Made by a program: the position numbers and the translations under genes
Shown: positions 1-8,605 of the stretch, piece after piece
Layout of the letters: every line of letters starts with the position of its first letter
Position numbering within the stretch: position 1 is the stretch's first letter
IMG/VR virus record: IMGVR_UViG_3300020401_000755
Coordinates: 1 to 32,325 of that record
DNA: 32,325 nucleotides
From: a virus
Taxonomy: Duplodnaviria > Caudoviricetes
Direction: 5' to 3' (one strand)
The notes under the pieces: generated by a model
Database searches by the model: none
Seen by the model: the letters and a program-made list of their open reading frames with translations, nothing else
What the model was told of the DNA's origin: nothing

Positions 1-23
1 AGCGCAGTTAGTTTAAGTTTCAT
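1..23 (-). CDS. 5' end of a gene truncated by the window edge (MKLKLTA..., possible signal peptide)
   Basis: ATG at 23-21 preceded by the purine-rich AGAGAG and a TATATATA late-box variant at 71-78; only 7 codons are visible. Confidence 0.45.
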
Positions 24-89
24 TTTTTTCACTCTCTTAATGTAAATAGTAAGAATTATTCTTACCTTACTATATATAAGGTTTTGTCC

Positions 90-653
90 TTATAAACTAT
101 ATTCCATGTTGACTTTCGAATGTTTTTTCTCATCAGCACGGACTTTTTTAATCAAGTCTGATAACTTAGCAGACTTTTTCATCTTGTAATAGTCGATTGC
201 AAGTTGTGGTGCAGGTACATTCTCTACCTCACCTCTCTCAACCATACCAAGATAATCTGTATATGACCTCACTGCTTCTTCTTCAAAGTAATGTATCATT
301 CTGTGAGCAGTCTTAAAATCTATGATATACACTACAAAATAGAAGGTCATAAAAATCATTTGAGCAAATAACACCAACCATCTCTCAAACCAGTTAGGTT
401 GTGCTATCTCTATAAAGAACATAAGATGCATTCTTTCATTCTCTGCTTCTGCTAACATCTCTCGTATAGCAGGCCCATATCCAGTCTTCATCTTTCTAAG
501 ACTCTTCAGGTGTAGCAAAGAACCTGCAACCCAGCCTGGCACTCCTGCCACAGTCTCTAATACGACTGCTCTGTGTCCGTATCGTTTGGCAAAGAATGTA
601 TCTGCCATGAAACGAAAGAACTTGGTCATTGATTTTGCGAATATATCTTTCAT
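90..653 (-). CDS. aox: alternative oxidase (bacterial/mitochondrial AOX-type di-iron ubiquinol oxidase)
   Basis: All AOX di-iron motifs are present: LETVAGVPG, EAENERMHL, FEEEAVRSY, VRADEKKH; also HRM and PAPxxAIDYY. Confidence 0.93.
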   Translation of the reverse strand: MKDIFAKSMTKFFRFMADTFFAKRYGHRAVVLETVAGVPGWVAGSLLHLKSLRKMKTGYGPAIREMLAEAENERMHLMFFIEIAQPNWFERWLVLFAQMIFMTFYFVVYIIDFKTAHRMIHYFEEEAVRSYTDYLGMVERGEVENVPAPQLAIDYYKMKKSAKLSDLIKKVRADEKKHSKVNMEYSL

Positions 654-1438
654 ATCTGGTTCATCAATTCTTCTATATTTTCTCCTGCGTCAGGTAACTT
701 ATCCTTCAAAAAGAAGTGTACAAAATCGCAGTTTTCTATATCTTCTACTGCGGTAAACAGACCATTGTATTTAGGGTCTAAGTGTTGTGTAGGTATCTTA
801 TATTTCTTTAAAAAGTAATTCAAAAGAGTCTGGTCAGTTGACCACTTCCAGTTGCCCATACCATCAACAAAGTCTTCGAACTCTACACGATGAATAAACT
901 GCATAGCACTATCACCGTTTAGATATGGTTTGAAGTTCTCACAATTAAGAACAATGAGTCCCATATTAAAGAACTCAAATCCACTACGAGGACTTGGTTT
1001 AAAATCAAGTCTATTACTGTGTAGTGTTCCAAACTGCATATGACTATAATTTCTTATCTTATCGACATACCATTGTTGGCAGTTCATCTCTCGTTCACAG
1101 ACTGCACCAAATGCTACATCATCTCCCATGTCTTGAAATACATCACTTGCATCTGGACGGATGTATATGTCAGCATCGATAATTGCAATCTGGTCATACT
1201 GGTCAACCAAGTCAAAGGCATTTTCCTTTTCGTATATGGGTAAATATCCACCATACTTTTCGTATGATTCGTTACTACGGTTAGTACGGAACACATTTGG
1301 TTTGACTCTGAGTTTTGCTTGAGTCAATACTTGATGCTCTGCACCAATCTTTTCAGCATATGCTTCTACACTGTCTATACAATGTTTATACAGTTTACTA
1401 GGTTTGCCTACTGCAACTTGATATATTAATTTTTTCAA
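650..1438 (-). CDS. glycosyltransferase, GT-A fold (GT8-like)
   Basis: IIDADI DxD motif, FFNMGLIV, TDQTLLN, FVHFF. Confidence 0.75.
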   Translation of the reverse strand: MKKLIYQVAVGKPSKLYKHCIDSVEAYAEKIGAEHQVLTQAKLRVKPNVFRTNRSNESYEKYGGYLPIYEKENAFDLVDQYDQIAIIDADIYIRPDASDVFQDMGDDVAFGAVCEREMNCQQWYVDKIRNYSHMQFGTLHSNRLDFKPSPRSGFEFFNMGLIVLNCENFKPYLNGDSAMQFIHRVEFEDFVDGMGNWKWSTDQTLLNYFLKKYKIPTQHLDPKYNGLFTAVEDIENCDFVHFFLKDKLPDAGENIEELMNQI

Positions 1439-2112
1439 TGTTCAACCGTCCCCCCTAGTTCCTCTTTCCAGATGGGTCTAGAGTATCCTACAATTTTATT
1501 TCTATCTACAAAGTTATCAAAACCAACACTACCAATCCATTGATAGTCTCTTTGGTGTTCATCTGTTCGCATGTCATCATTCATTCTATCCAGAAGAATA
1601 TCATCTGAATACTTTATCAAAGTACGATTCTCACAATAGTTTAATACTCGTTCTGCTCCTTTGGGTGTCATACAGTATCCACTTGTTATTGGAACAAGTT
1701 TTAATTTAGAACCCCAATATGGATGTCCTTCGAATCTTTTACCATACCTATCCCAATCATCCCAATAGTAATCACAAATACTATAGATGTCATAAGGTAA
1801 TTTTTTACATTCTCTTCGTGGTGTAATGCACAGAGTATCGTGTTCAATAACAGTAATGTCTTCTCCAGACTCGTAGCAATGATTCCACAATGCCCAGTGT
1901 GATTCCCATGCGGCGAGTTCCGTAGGTGTACATTGTCTATGGTTATGATAGGAAACACTGTTAAAAGGTCTTGTAAGAGTATCAGGGGTTACTGCATTGA
2001 ACCACTTAACAGTATGTCCATGGACATTCCATGAATCAGTTGTGTGCCTTGCGTACTTCTGTGATACCTCATTATCAGGTATCTGTATCATCCAAATATT
2101 ATCTATAATCAT
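1435..2112 (-). CDS. glycosyltransferase family 25-like protein
   Basis: FNAV, ELAAWESHWALW, VIEHD and GYCMTPKGAERVL resemble the GT25 (Lex2/LgtB) motifs. Confidence 0.65.
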   Translation of the reverse strand: MIIDNIWMIQIPDNEVSQKYARHTTDSWNVHGHTVKWFNAVTPDTLTRPFNSVSYHNHRQCTPTELAAWESHWALWNHCYESGEDITVIEHDTLCITPRRECKKLPYDIYSICDYYWDDWDRYGKRFEGHPYWGSKLKLVPITSGYCMTPKGAERVLNYCENRTLIKYSDDILLDRMNDDMRTDEHQRDYQWIGSVGFDNFVDRNKIVGYSRPIWKEELGGTVEH

Positions 2113-3061
2113 CTAAATTAAAATCCGTCCCATGCATCTTATATAGGTCTCTCTCATGATTAGTGTAAACTAATACTTCAGGGTCATCGATAAGAAAGTC
2201 GCAACCATTGCAGTAAGAAGGATAATCTCCAGAAAGATGGTCACTACGGAGTTTAGAGTATGCTTCACCTTCCCATATTTCTTCGATTGTATTTTCACTA
2301 GTGTGTCCAAGGACTGCTTCTTCGTCCCTTCCCAATACCTGACAGCAAGGAGCAACAGCGCCTCTTTTACCATCAAGACCGCCAGCACGAATAACAACAT
2401 CTGGACTAAAAGGTCTACCACAAGTCTTCACCTTACCTTCTCGTTTATTTTTACCAATGTCCCAGACACCAGACCAATTATGTAACTTCCATATCTCAGT
2501 CTTAACACCTAGGTCATCTACCAATTCTTTATATTTCTCTAGTTCATAATCTAGATTATCATTATCAGTAATCAGATGATAGGTAGCAACAGTACAGTTA
2601 CTATTTGTCTTTTCTACATACTCTTTCATCTGACGAATATTATTTACAATATGATTAAAGTTTCCACCAATCCTATTATGCATCCACTCATCATATTTAT
2701 CTGGACTATAACCTATGAATGAGAACCTATAAAAGTCTAGTCCTGCATCCACACAATCTGCCATGAATTGTCCGTGCATACGAAAACCATTAGAAAACAT
2801 AAAACACTTTGCACCATACTTTTTCACTATCTTAATATATTCAGGTAAATTACGAACAAGTGTTGGTTCACCTGAACCTTCTAAATTAACAACATTAAGT
2901 CCATGTTGAGCGCAATCTGCTACATTCTTTTCGAACTCTTCGATAGACATCTTCTTGAGGAATGCTTTATGCCTTCCACCAGTACGCATGTCTTGAGGAC
3001 ACATAGTGCATGAATAGTTACATCCACCGTTAACCTCTATTACTGCTCTATCAATCTTCAT
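2099..3061 (-). CDS. radical SAM protein with a C-terminal SPASM/twitch domain
   Basis: CNYSCTMC (CxxxCxxC), GSGEPTL, SNG; C-terminal CGRPF...VAPCC...LG...IEEIW...CNGC. Start moved to ATG 3061 (MKIDRAV), which overlaps the end of the upstream gene. Confidence 0.9.
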   Translation of the reverse strand: MKIDRAVIEVNGGCNYSCTMCPQDMRTGGRHKAFLKKMSIEEFEKNVADCAQHGLNVVNLEGSGEPTLVRNLPEYIKIVKKYGAKCFMFSNGFRMHGQFMADCVDAGLDFYRFSFIGYSPDKYDEWMHNRIGGNFNHIVNNIRQMKEYVEKTNSNCTVATYHLITDNDNLDYELEKYKELVDDLGVKTEIWKLHNWSGVWDIGKNKREGKVKTCGRPFSPDVVIRAGGLDGKRGAVAPCCQVLGRDEEAVLGHTSENTIEEIWEGEAYSKLRSDHLSGDYPSYCNGCDFLIDDPEVLVYTNHERDLYKMHGTDFNLDDYR

Positions 3062-3854
3062 AGCACTTAAATAATACCTTCTTAAACTCTCTTGCAGACT
3101 CATTCATTTCTTTCAATGTATTGTTGCAAAAGTGTTCATTGCCATCACCGATTGCTTTTAAAAAATCTTCTCTTTCTCCTATCTTAATTGCTTGTGGTGT
3201 ATTATATGTTGTGACACCTTCCTTTGATGGTATTAGCATAGGTTTAGAAAAGTTTCTTCCTATCTTATGCCACATACCATCATAGCATACTACAAAGGAA
3301 CATTCCTTTATCTGGTGATAGGCATCTCTTATAGGGGTTCTATAAGTTAGAATCCTAGTATCCCACCCTCTCCAGCGTAGCGCTTGAATTATAGCATCCC
3401 AATCATCTTTTGTCAACTTTCTTTTCCAATGTCTTGGTGGTTCACTATTTTCTGTTGGATTGAAAATAACAATCTTGTTTAAAGGTTTAGTATACTCCTT
3501 TTTTCTAAATACCCAATCTTGGTCTGGTGTTCCATTGGGGTCTACTGAGTAATCATCGAAATAAAATCTATCCTTTTTCTTATCCATACTAGTATTGTCT
3601 GGATTAAATAACTGTGAGTTGTACAAATGGGTAACAACAACATCATCTCTTCGATGATATCGTGTGTGTATCCAATCTGTCCTTTCTATTATTGTTTCTG
3701 GGTCTTCAGGATGTGTGAGATAATCCTTACCATGACTCCAGTGAAATTCTAGATTAACCTTTGCATTAATCTTTTTTGCATGGACATGAGCAACATTGAG
3801 ACCCCACATAGAGTCTCCTATTCCCCAAGTTCCTCGCCATCTAATCTTAAACAT
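3051..3854 (-). CDS. putative GT-B fold glycosyltransferase (GT9/heptosyltransferase-like)
   Basis: N-terminal GIGD and C-terminal FVVCYDGMWHKIGRNFSKP resemble the GT9 GIGD and DSGxxHxAxAxxxP motifs; glycosyltransferase neighbourhood. Confidence 0.55.
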   Translation of the reverse strand: MFKIRWRGTWGIGDSMWGLNVAHVHAKKINAKVNLEFHWSHGKDYLTHPEDPETIIERTDWIHTRYHRRDDVVVTHLYNSQLFNPDNTSMDKKKDRFYFDDYSVDPNGTPDQDWVFRKKEYTKPLNKIVIFNPTENSEPPRHWKRKLTKDDWDAIIQALRWRGWDTRILTYRTPIRDAYHQIKECSFVVCYDGMWHKIGRNFSKPMLIPSKEGVTTYNTPQAIKIGEREDFLKAIGDGNEHFCNNTLKEMNESAREFKKVLFKCYED

Positions 3855-3859
3855 ACTGC

Positions 3860-3866
3860 TATTTAG
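3860..3866 (-). promoter_or_regulatory. T4-type late promoter (CTAAATA) 5 nt upstream of ATG 3854
   Basis: Minus strand reads CTAAATA-gcagt-ATG with no SD; the box is the loop of the ATACTGC/GCAGTAT inverted repeat. Confidence 0.55.
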
Positions 3867-3873
3867 GCAGTAT

Positions 3874-4170
3874 TTATTTTCCCTTTGTGTATGCTTCCTT
3901 ACCGTAGAAGGCTGCTATAATCGCCGCAACCGATACAAAGTAAGTAGCTGCCATATCACCTAGGATTTTAGATGCGTTTTCTAGACCAATAAAATCTGCC
4001 ATTACAACGGCAAGAGGATATAACAACATACCCCATAGGGCAAACCATGCCATCCTTCTTTGGGCATCTTCTTTTTGGTCATCGTTTTCTATATCCAGTA
4101 ATAACTGGTGACGAGTCAAATCAGAATCAGTAAACTCTCGTTCTTCTTTTACTTGTTTTTTTGTAGGCAT
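3874..4170 (-). CDS. small two-TM membrane protein, holin candidate
   Basis: Charged N-terminus, two hydrophobic segments, short basic C-terminus; GGGAG SD; own late promoter. Confidence 0.6.
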   Translation of the reverse strand: MPTKKQVKEEREFTDSDLTRHQLLLDIENDDQKEDAQRRMAWFALWGMLLYPLAVVMADFIGLENASKILGDMAATYFVSVAAIIAAFYGKEAYTKGK

Positions 4171-4207
4171 AAAATACTCCCATTATAACCACAGGAGTAT
4201 TTATATG
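4168..4207 (-). promoter_or_regulatory. late promoter TATAAATA (4198-4205) inside an SD/AUG-sequestering hairpin
   Basis: Minus strand CATA-T-AAATACTCC ... GGAGTATTT-TATG. Confidence 0.8.
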
Positions 4208-4208
4208 T

Positions 4209-4790
4209 TTAACCTTCTAGATATTGGTAAATTTCTTTCCAATTTTTGACAAGAGGGACATCAGCACTATCCATGTTGAAACCGTGTTCCATCATCATAG
4301 CATCCAAACCAAGGTCTTTACCCAACAGAGCATTCTCTTCTTTATCCTCAATCCACGGTAGTCCAGTGTCTTTGTAAGGAGCAAGTGCTTCGTCTTTGTC
4401 ATCACCACAACCTAGTATGACGAATCTCTCAAAGACATTCTCACCAAAGAGTTTCTGTAAGTTCATGATTCTTAGTTTCTGAGCATTCTCGTTCTTGTGT
4501 AAAGAAGTAATTGCGTGAAAGACATATCCATGTTCTTCATGCAGTTTCTTTACATAGTGAACTGCGTCCCTTAGAGGGGGAATAAAACCAACCATTGCAG
4601 ATTGGTTGAATTGGTTGATTAAGTCTTTACCAAGTTTCTGTGGAATACCATACTGTTCAAATACACAGTAGTGTTTCCACTCACCTTTGATTTTTTCGAA
4701 ACCTTGTTCACCCATCCAGACATCAAAAGCATAACCCCAGTTAAGAAGTACACCGTCAACATCAGTAAGGATTACCTTATCCATGTCCAT
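4209..4790 (-). CDS. HAD-family 5'(3')-deoxyribonucleotidase-like phosphatase
   Basis: LTDVDGVL motif I, AITS, DK, WIEDK; start moved to ATG 4790, downstream of an AAGGA SD. Confidence 0.75.
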   Translation of the reverse strand: MDMDKVILTDVDGVLLNWGYAFDVWMGEQGFEKIKGEWKHYCVFEQYGIPQKLGKDLINQFNQSAMVGFIPPLRDAVHYVKKLHEEHGYVFHAITSLHKNENAQKLRIMNLQKLFGENVFERFVILGCGDDKDEALAPYKDTGLPWIEDKEENALLGKDLGLDAMMMEHGFNMDSADVPLVKNWKEIYQYLEG

Positions 4791-4820
4791 TTTTGTTAGT
4801 TCCTTTTCCATCGTGTTATT

Positions 4821-4849
4821 ATTATAACAAGATTCGATGGTTTTGTCAA
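4821..4849 (-). promoter_or_regulatory. early sigma70-type promoter
   Basis: TTGACA-17 bp-TATAAT, perfect consensus, with an upstream A-tract. Confidence 0.9.
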
Positions 4850-5679
4850 GCGTTTTTTAGATATTTGAACTTGTTATTTTTGTAGTCTTCGAGCATGATA
4901 ACCTTGTTTCCACCACCTGTATAGTGTAGGAAATTCATATCATATCCACGGTCATCATCCCAGTGGGTGGGAGTATCGTTCCAAGTCTGGTCGATACCTT
5001 CGATAGCAAACTTATGCTTTGTTAATTGTCCAGAAATATAGAGTTGGTCGTTGTTCAACCAGAACTCCTCTTTGTGCATATCTCCATCTATCATATAGTT
5101 GTACCAGTCATCAAACACTTCTCTTGCTCTAAGTCTTGCATCACGAGACCATACCATAACTCCAGTATTAAAGCAAGTAACTCTTGATGGAGTATCTCCC
5201 CATTTATTCTTTACAACAGGGATTCCTCTTCTGGTAAACTTATCTGATATCTTTTTATATGTCGTTGAACTAAAGTCCCAAGTATTGTAACCACCACCTT
5301 TTGATGTCTTGATATCAGATTCAAATACACCATAAACATCTGTATCTAATAAATTAAAGATGTTCTCTTCTGTGTTGCAAATGATATCAGAATCAGCAAA
5401 TAAAAGTTTATCGTACTCATCATAGATGGGGTCATAAACTAATCTCATGACTTCAAATAGTAAACTGGTAGAACCATGTTTACCTTTAGTCTCTACTCTA
5501 TGGGTAGAGTAATGATGGGCTGCTCCTATCTTGTCTGCGTATATTCTGAAAGATTGTGCGGATAGGTCAGCAGTTTTACGGTATAATTCAGTTCTTGTAC
5601 CTTGTGGGTATTGTGGGACTGGGTTTCTATCTTCCGTTTCATCATCCGTAATCATATACTGGAAGATTATGTTTTTCAT
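4846..5679 (-). CDS. glycosyltransferase, GT-A fold (GT8-like); probable paralogue of 650..1438
   Basis: IIFQY, FADSDII, FNTGVMVW, NDQLYI, WN, FLHYTG; start at ATG 5679 (ATGA overlap with the upstream stop). Confidence 0.75.
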   Translation of the reverse strand: MKNIIFQYMITDDETEDRNPVPQYPQGTRTELYRKTADLSAQSFRIYADKIGAAHHYSTHRVETKGKHGSTSLLFEVMRLVYDPIYDEYDKLLFADSDIICNTEENIFNLLDTDVYGVFESDIKTSKGGGYNTWDFSSTTYKKISDKFTRRGIPVVKNKWGDTPSRVTCFNTGVMVWSRDARLRAREVFDDWYNYMIDGDMHKEEFWLNNDQLYISGQLTKHKFAIEGIDQTWNDTPTHWDDDRGYDMNFLHYTGGGNKVIMLEDYKNNKFKYLKNA

Positions 5680-5993
5680 GCACGGATTCCAGGCTCTATT
5701 AGTAATGGAAAGTCTTCTGGTGTGAGATGCCAATCATGGTCTGGATACTCAGGCCATTTACCAGTTGCTCTATTCTTTCTTGTACAGAATGGTTCTGATA
5801 CTCTCTTTTGAAATGTTCCGTCTAGAATTGCATCCACTTCTTCCATGATATTTTTGACACCTACATGTTCAATGTATCTTTCACATTCTGTATATGTGTC
5901 AAAATAAGAAAAGTTTTCTATATCATGTCTCTCCATTAGCAGTTCACCCCCAGTATTGAGTTGAACTAAAACTACTATTACCCAATCAATCAT
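5676..5993 (-). CDS. hypothetical protein
   Basis: Fills the operon and overlaps both neighbours; hydrophobic N-terminus, two Cys. Confidence 0.6.
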   Translation of the reverse strand: MIDWVIVVLVQLNTGGELLMERHDIENFSYFDTYTECERYIEHVGVKNIMEEVDAILDGTFQKRVSEPFCTRKNRATGKWPEYPDHDWHLTPEDFPLLIEPGIRA

Positions 5994-6453
5994 ATTGTAA
6001 TCCTAACAAATATTTAGTTTTGCCACCTTCCTTAACTGCGGTTAGTGGTCTATTACGGTTCTCTTCTGGACTGACATAAGATACATGCACCCAACCAGAG
6101 TGGGGTTCACCCTTGGTATAGAACTCTAGAATCACTTGGTCAAAGTCTAGATTGTCTACAATCCATTGACATACTTCTGCATTGTCTGCACCATCACATT
6201 CAAAGTCAACTGCTTGACCTTTACTATGTTGTGACTTAGTTGAACCACCAATTGCTTCGTTGAGTGCAGGACTTCTATATCCAGAACTAATACGAGTCGT
6301 ACCAAAGTGGTCTCTTACAGGTTGCACCACATGCTTAAATAGTCTTATAGCACTCTTTAGATGTTCTTTATCAGGGTTGTTTTCTATACCCAAACGAGTC
6401 GCAGTCATTGACCTTGTAAACTCGTTGAGTGAAAAATTCTTACTTAGTTTCAT
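5986..6453 (-). CDS. peptidase M15A-family zinc peptidase (endolysin candidate)
   Basis: SSGYRS, SQH, GQAVD and WVHVS zinc-ligand motifs. Confidence 0.88.
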   Translation of the reverse strand: MKLSKNFSLNEFTRSMTATRLGIENNPDKEHLKSAIRLFKHVVQPVRDHFGTTRISSGYRSPALNEAIGGSTKSQHSKGQAVDFECDGADNAEVCQWIVDNLDFDQVILEFYTKGEPHSGWVHVSYVSPEENRNRPLTAVKEGGKTKYLLGLQYD

Positions 6454-6853
6454 CTCTTACTCTCATTCTTAAATCACTAGTAGAGAATCTATGGTCTCTA
6501 TTATTGAATACTATATCTATATCTCTTTTCCTACAAATATCCCTTCCAGTGAAATCTTTATCTCTATATTCTTCTCCAAGGATACGAACATCAATGGTAT
6601 ATAACTCCATGAGGTCTAAAAGGTCTTCCTCAGTGCCATATGGGATAATCTCATCCACATATTTGATACCTTTGAGTTGTGTGTATCTTTCAACAATAGT
6701 TTGGACTGGTTTGTTCTTCTCTGGTCTATCAAGACTAGGGTCTACCTGTAATCCTACCATAAGGTAATCACAGTGTTGTTTCGCATCACGCAACATCTGT
6801 ACATGTCCTGCATGTAATAAATCAAATGTGCTACATGTAAATCCTATTCTCAT
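6440..6853 (-). CDS. glycerol-3-phosphate cytidylyltransferase-like (TagD/RfaE-type)
   Basis: TFDLLHAGH (HxGH), LMVGL, ER, YVDEII, RxxxFSTS. Confidence 0.85.
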   Translation of the reverse strand: MRIGFTCSTFDLLHAGHVQMLRDAKQHCDYLMVGLQVDPSLDRPEKNKPVQTIVERYTQLKGIKYVDEIIPYGTEEDLLDLMELYTIDVRILGEEYRDKDFTGRDICRKRDIDIVFNNRDHRFSTSDLRMRVRDETK

Positions 6854-7533
6854 AACTTACCAGATTCTACTAATTCCTTTGTCATTATATAGTCTCTTAC
6901 AAAATCAGACCTTACAATGTCTTTCCAACCAAACTCTACAGTAGTAAAGTTGTTCATGACTTCCATGATATTCATGAAGTCTAATATCCCTTTTTTGTCT
7001 GACTCTTTATTTAGGTCAGATTGATAGTAGTCCCCACTAAAAATAATTCTTGAGTTTCTACCTACTCTTGTTATTATTGAATCAAGTTCATGATAGGTGA
7101 GGTTCTGCATTTCATCTACAATGATGATTGCATTGTCTATAGTCACACCACGAAGGAATGAGGTAGACATAAATTCAATTACACCTTGTGTCTCAAGCAT
7201 ATCATATGCACCCTTCTCGTTGAAGAGTTCTTGACATATAGCACGATATGGTGCAGTATAGGTATCTGTCTTTTCTTCGATTGAGCCTGGAAGATATCCC
7301 ATCTCACGAGTAGGAACAACACTCCTTACAATTACGACCTTATCTTGAGCATACGATTTGTCCATCGTATCTTGAAGGGATAGGTAGAGGGCAATGAACG
7401 ATTTACCTGTTCCTGCACTACCGCATAAGACCAGATGGTCACCATCATCCCAAGCAGAATATGCTTCTTCTTGATTGTCTGTAATAGGGTCATAAGTTAG
7501 AAGATGGTCAATCTTCAATCTCTTCATTGTCAT
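6850..7533 (-). CDS. phoH: PhoH-like ATPase
   Basis: GSAGTGKS Walker A, GYLPG, FLRGVT, IVDEMQN, TRVG, GDYYQSD, DIVRS. Confidence 0.95.
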   Translation of the reverse strand: MTMKRLKIDHLLTYDPITDNQEEAYSAWDDGDHLVLCGSAGTGKSFIALYLSLQDTMDKSYAQDKVVIVRSVVPTREMGYLPGSIEEKTDTYTAPYRAICQELFNEKGAYDMLETQGVIEFMSTSFLRGVTIDNAIIIVDEMQNLTYHELDSIITRVGRNSRIIFSGDYYQSDLNKESDKKGILDFMNIMEVMNNFTTVEFGWKDIVRSDFVRDYIMTKELVESGKL

Positions 7534-7763
7534 GTTTTTATAGTATTTCCTGAACCAGACCCTTTCTTAATATTCTTCATTAGGTCTTTCCAGTCTCCAC
7601 TTGTTTTATTAATAACATTACCAGTATGGGTAATTGTAGCAGGTGCAGAGATAACTCTCTGTAAATCAGGATTTTCTTCTAGATATTTTTGCGAGTCAGA
7701 CCAAGACATAAACTTCTCATGTTCTTCATCGGTCTTCTTATTACGAAATGTGTATGTTGGCAT
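7530..7763 (-). CDS. FmdB-like small protein (MPTY N-terminus, zinc ligands lost)
   Basis: MPTYTF start, QRVISAP; position just upstream of phoH, as in other T4-like phages. Confidence 0.7.
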   Translation of the reverse strand: MPTYTFRNKKTDEEHEKFMSWSDSQKYLEENPDLQRVISAPATITHTGNVINKTSGDWKDLMKNIKKGSGSGNTIKT

Positions 7764-7803
7764 ATTAGTAAGTAGTCCTTATAATATATCTATATTCATT
7801 TAA

Positions 7804-7840
7804 CGAAGGGGGGAACTAGTGGAACTAGCACCCCCCTACG
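7804..7840. other. GC-rich intergenic hairpin
   Basis: AGGGGGG-nn-CTAGT-3 nt loop-ACTAG-nn-CCCCCCT; no U-tract on the minus strand. Confidence 0.65.
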
Positions 7841-7862
7841 AGATACTAGACCACCTACCTTT

Positions 7863-8039
7863 TTATGCTAGATTGATTTGAATATCATCATCAAATTCGG
7901 CAATAGTTTGATTAATGAATGCTTGTTTTGTAGATAACTTGTGAGCAAGGTGACTCTTTCCCTTTTTCTTGAGTCTGTGGATATAGTTATCAAGTTCTCT
8001 ACTGTCATTCTTTAATCTCTCTATTTGTGTTCTTGGCAT
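7863..8039 (-). CDS. 58-aa hypothetical protein missing from the ORF track (MPRTQIERLKNDSRELDNYIHRLKKKGKSHLAHKL...)
   Basis: Strong AAGGAG SD 7 nt before ATG; open frame to TAA at 7863. Confidence 0.8.
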   Translation of the reverse strand: MPRTQIERLKNDSRELDNYIHRLKKKGKSHLAHKLSTKQAFINQTIAEFDDDIQINLA

Positions 8040-8082
8040 AAATTGCTCCTTGTTTGTTAGAGTTAATCGAACTCATAACGAA

Positions 8083-8499
8083 TCAAGATAAGAGATTTGG
8101 AAACGCCTCCTCTACTATCTTCTTTGTCAAACCTTTTACTGGTGCTTTCTTAGCAACCATGTTAAGAACAATCAGTGCATCCTCTGGATGGATTGATTCT
8201 AACATTTGAATGAAGATGTTTTCAATTTTATATTGGGGTGTTCCCTCACTTCTAGCACCCTTAACAAATAGTCCAAAATCCTTGTGTCTCTGTCTTAGAG
8301 AACTAGGAGTTGACTCTGGTCTGTTGGGTGTGTATGGGGGTTTCCCCTCTGGAAGAATGAATTCCAACTTATCATCATATGCACCACGGCATACATCTTT
8401 GATAGCAGGGATAGCATTCTCTTTTAAAAACTCAATCTTTTGATAGCGATTGGGTTGTTCGGAAAATCTCTGTAAGATTTCAAAGACTTCTAATTGCAT
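8083..8499 (-). CDS. conserved T4-like phage hypothetical protein
   Basis: LPEGKPPY and IFIQMLESIHPEDA motifs; GAGGA SD. Confidence 0.8.
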   Translation of the reverse strand: MQLEVFEILQRFSEQPNRYQKIEFLKENAIPAIKDVCRGAYDDKLEFILPEGKPPYTPNRPESTPSSLRQRHKDFGLFVKGARSEGTPQYKIENIFIQMLESIHPEDALIVLNMVAKKAPVKGLTKKIVEEAFPNLLS

Positions 8500-8582
8500 A
8501 GCAATATCCTCATAGTATTATATATAACATTTTGCCCCTTCAAAAAGGGTAATATATTATATATATTCAATTAAAATGTAAA

Positions 8583-8605
8583 GAAAAAGGGCATCGAAAT
8601 GCCCT
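8583..8605 (-). terminator. Rho-independent terminator
   Basis: AGGGCAT-TTCG-ATGCCCT followed by TTTTCTTT. Confidence 0.9.
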
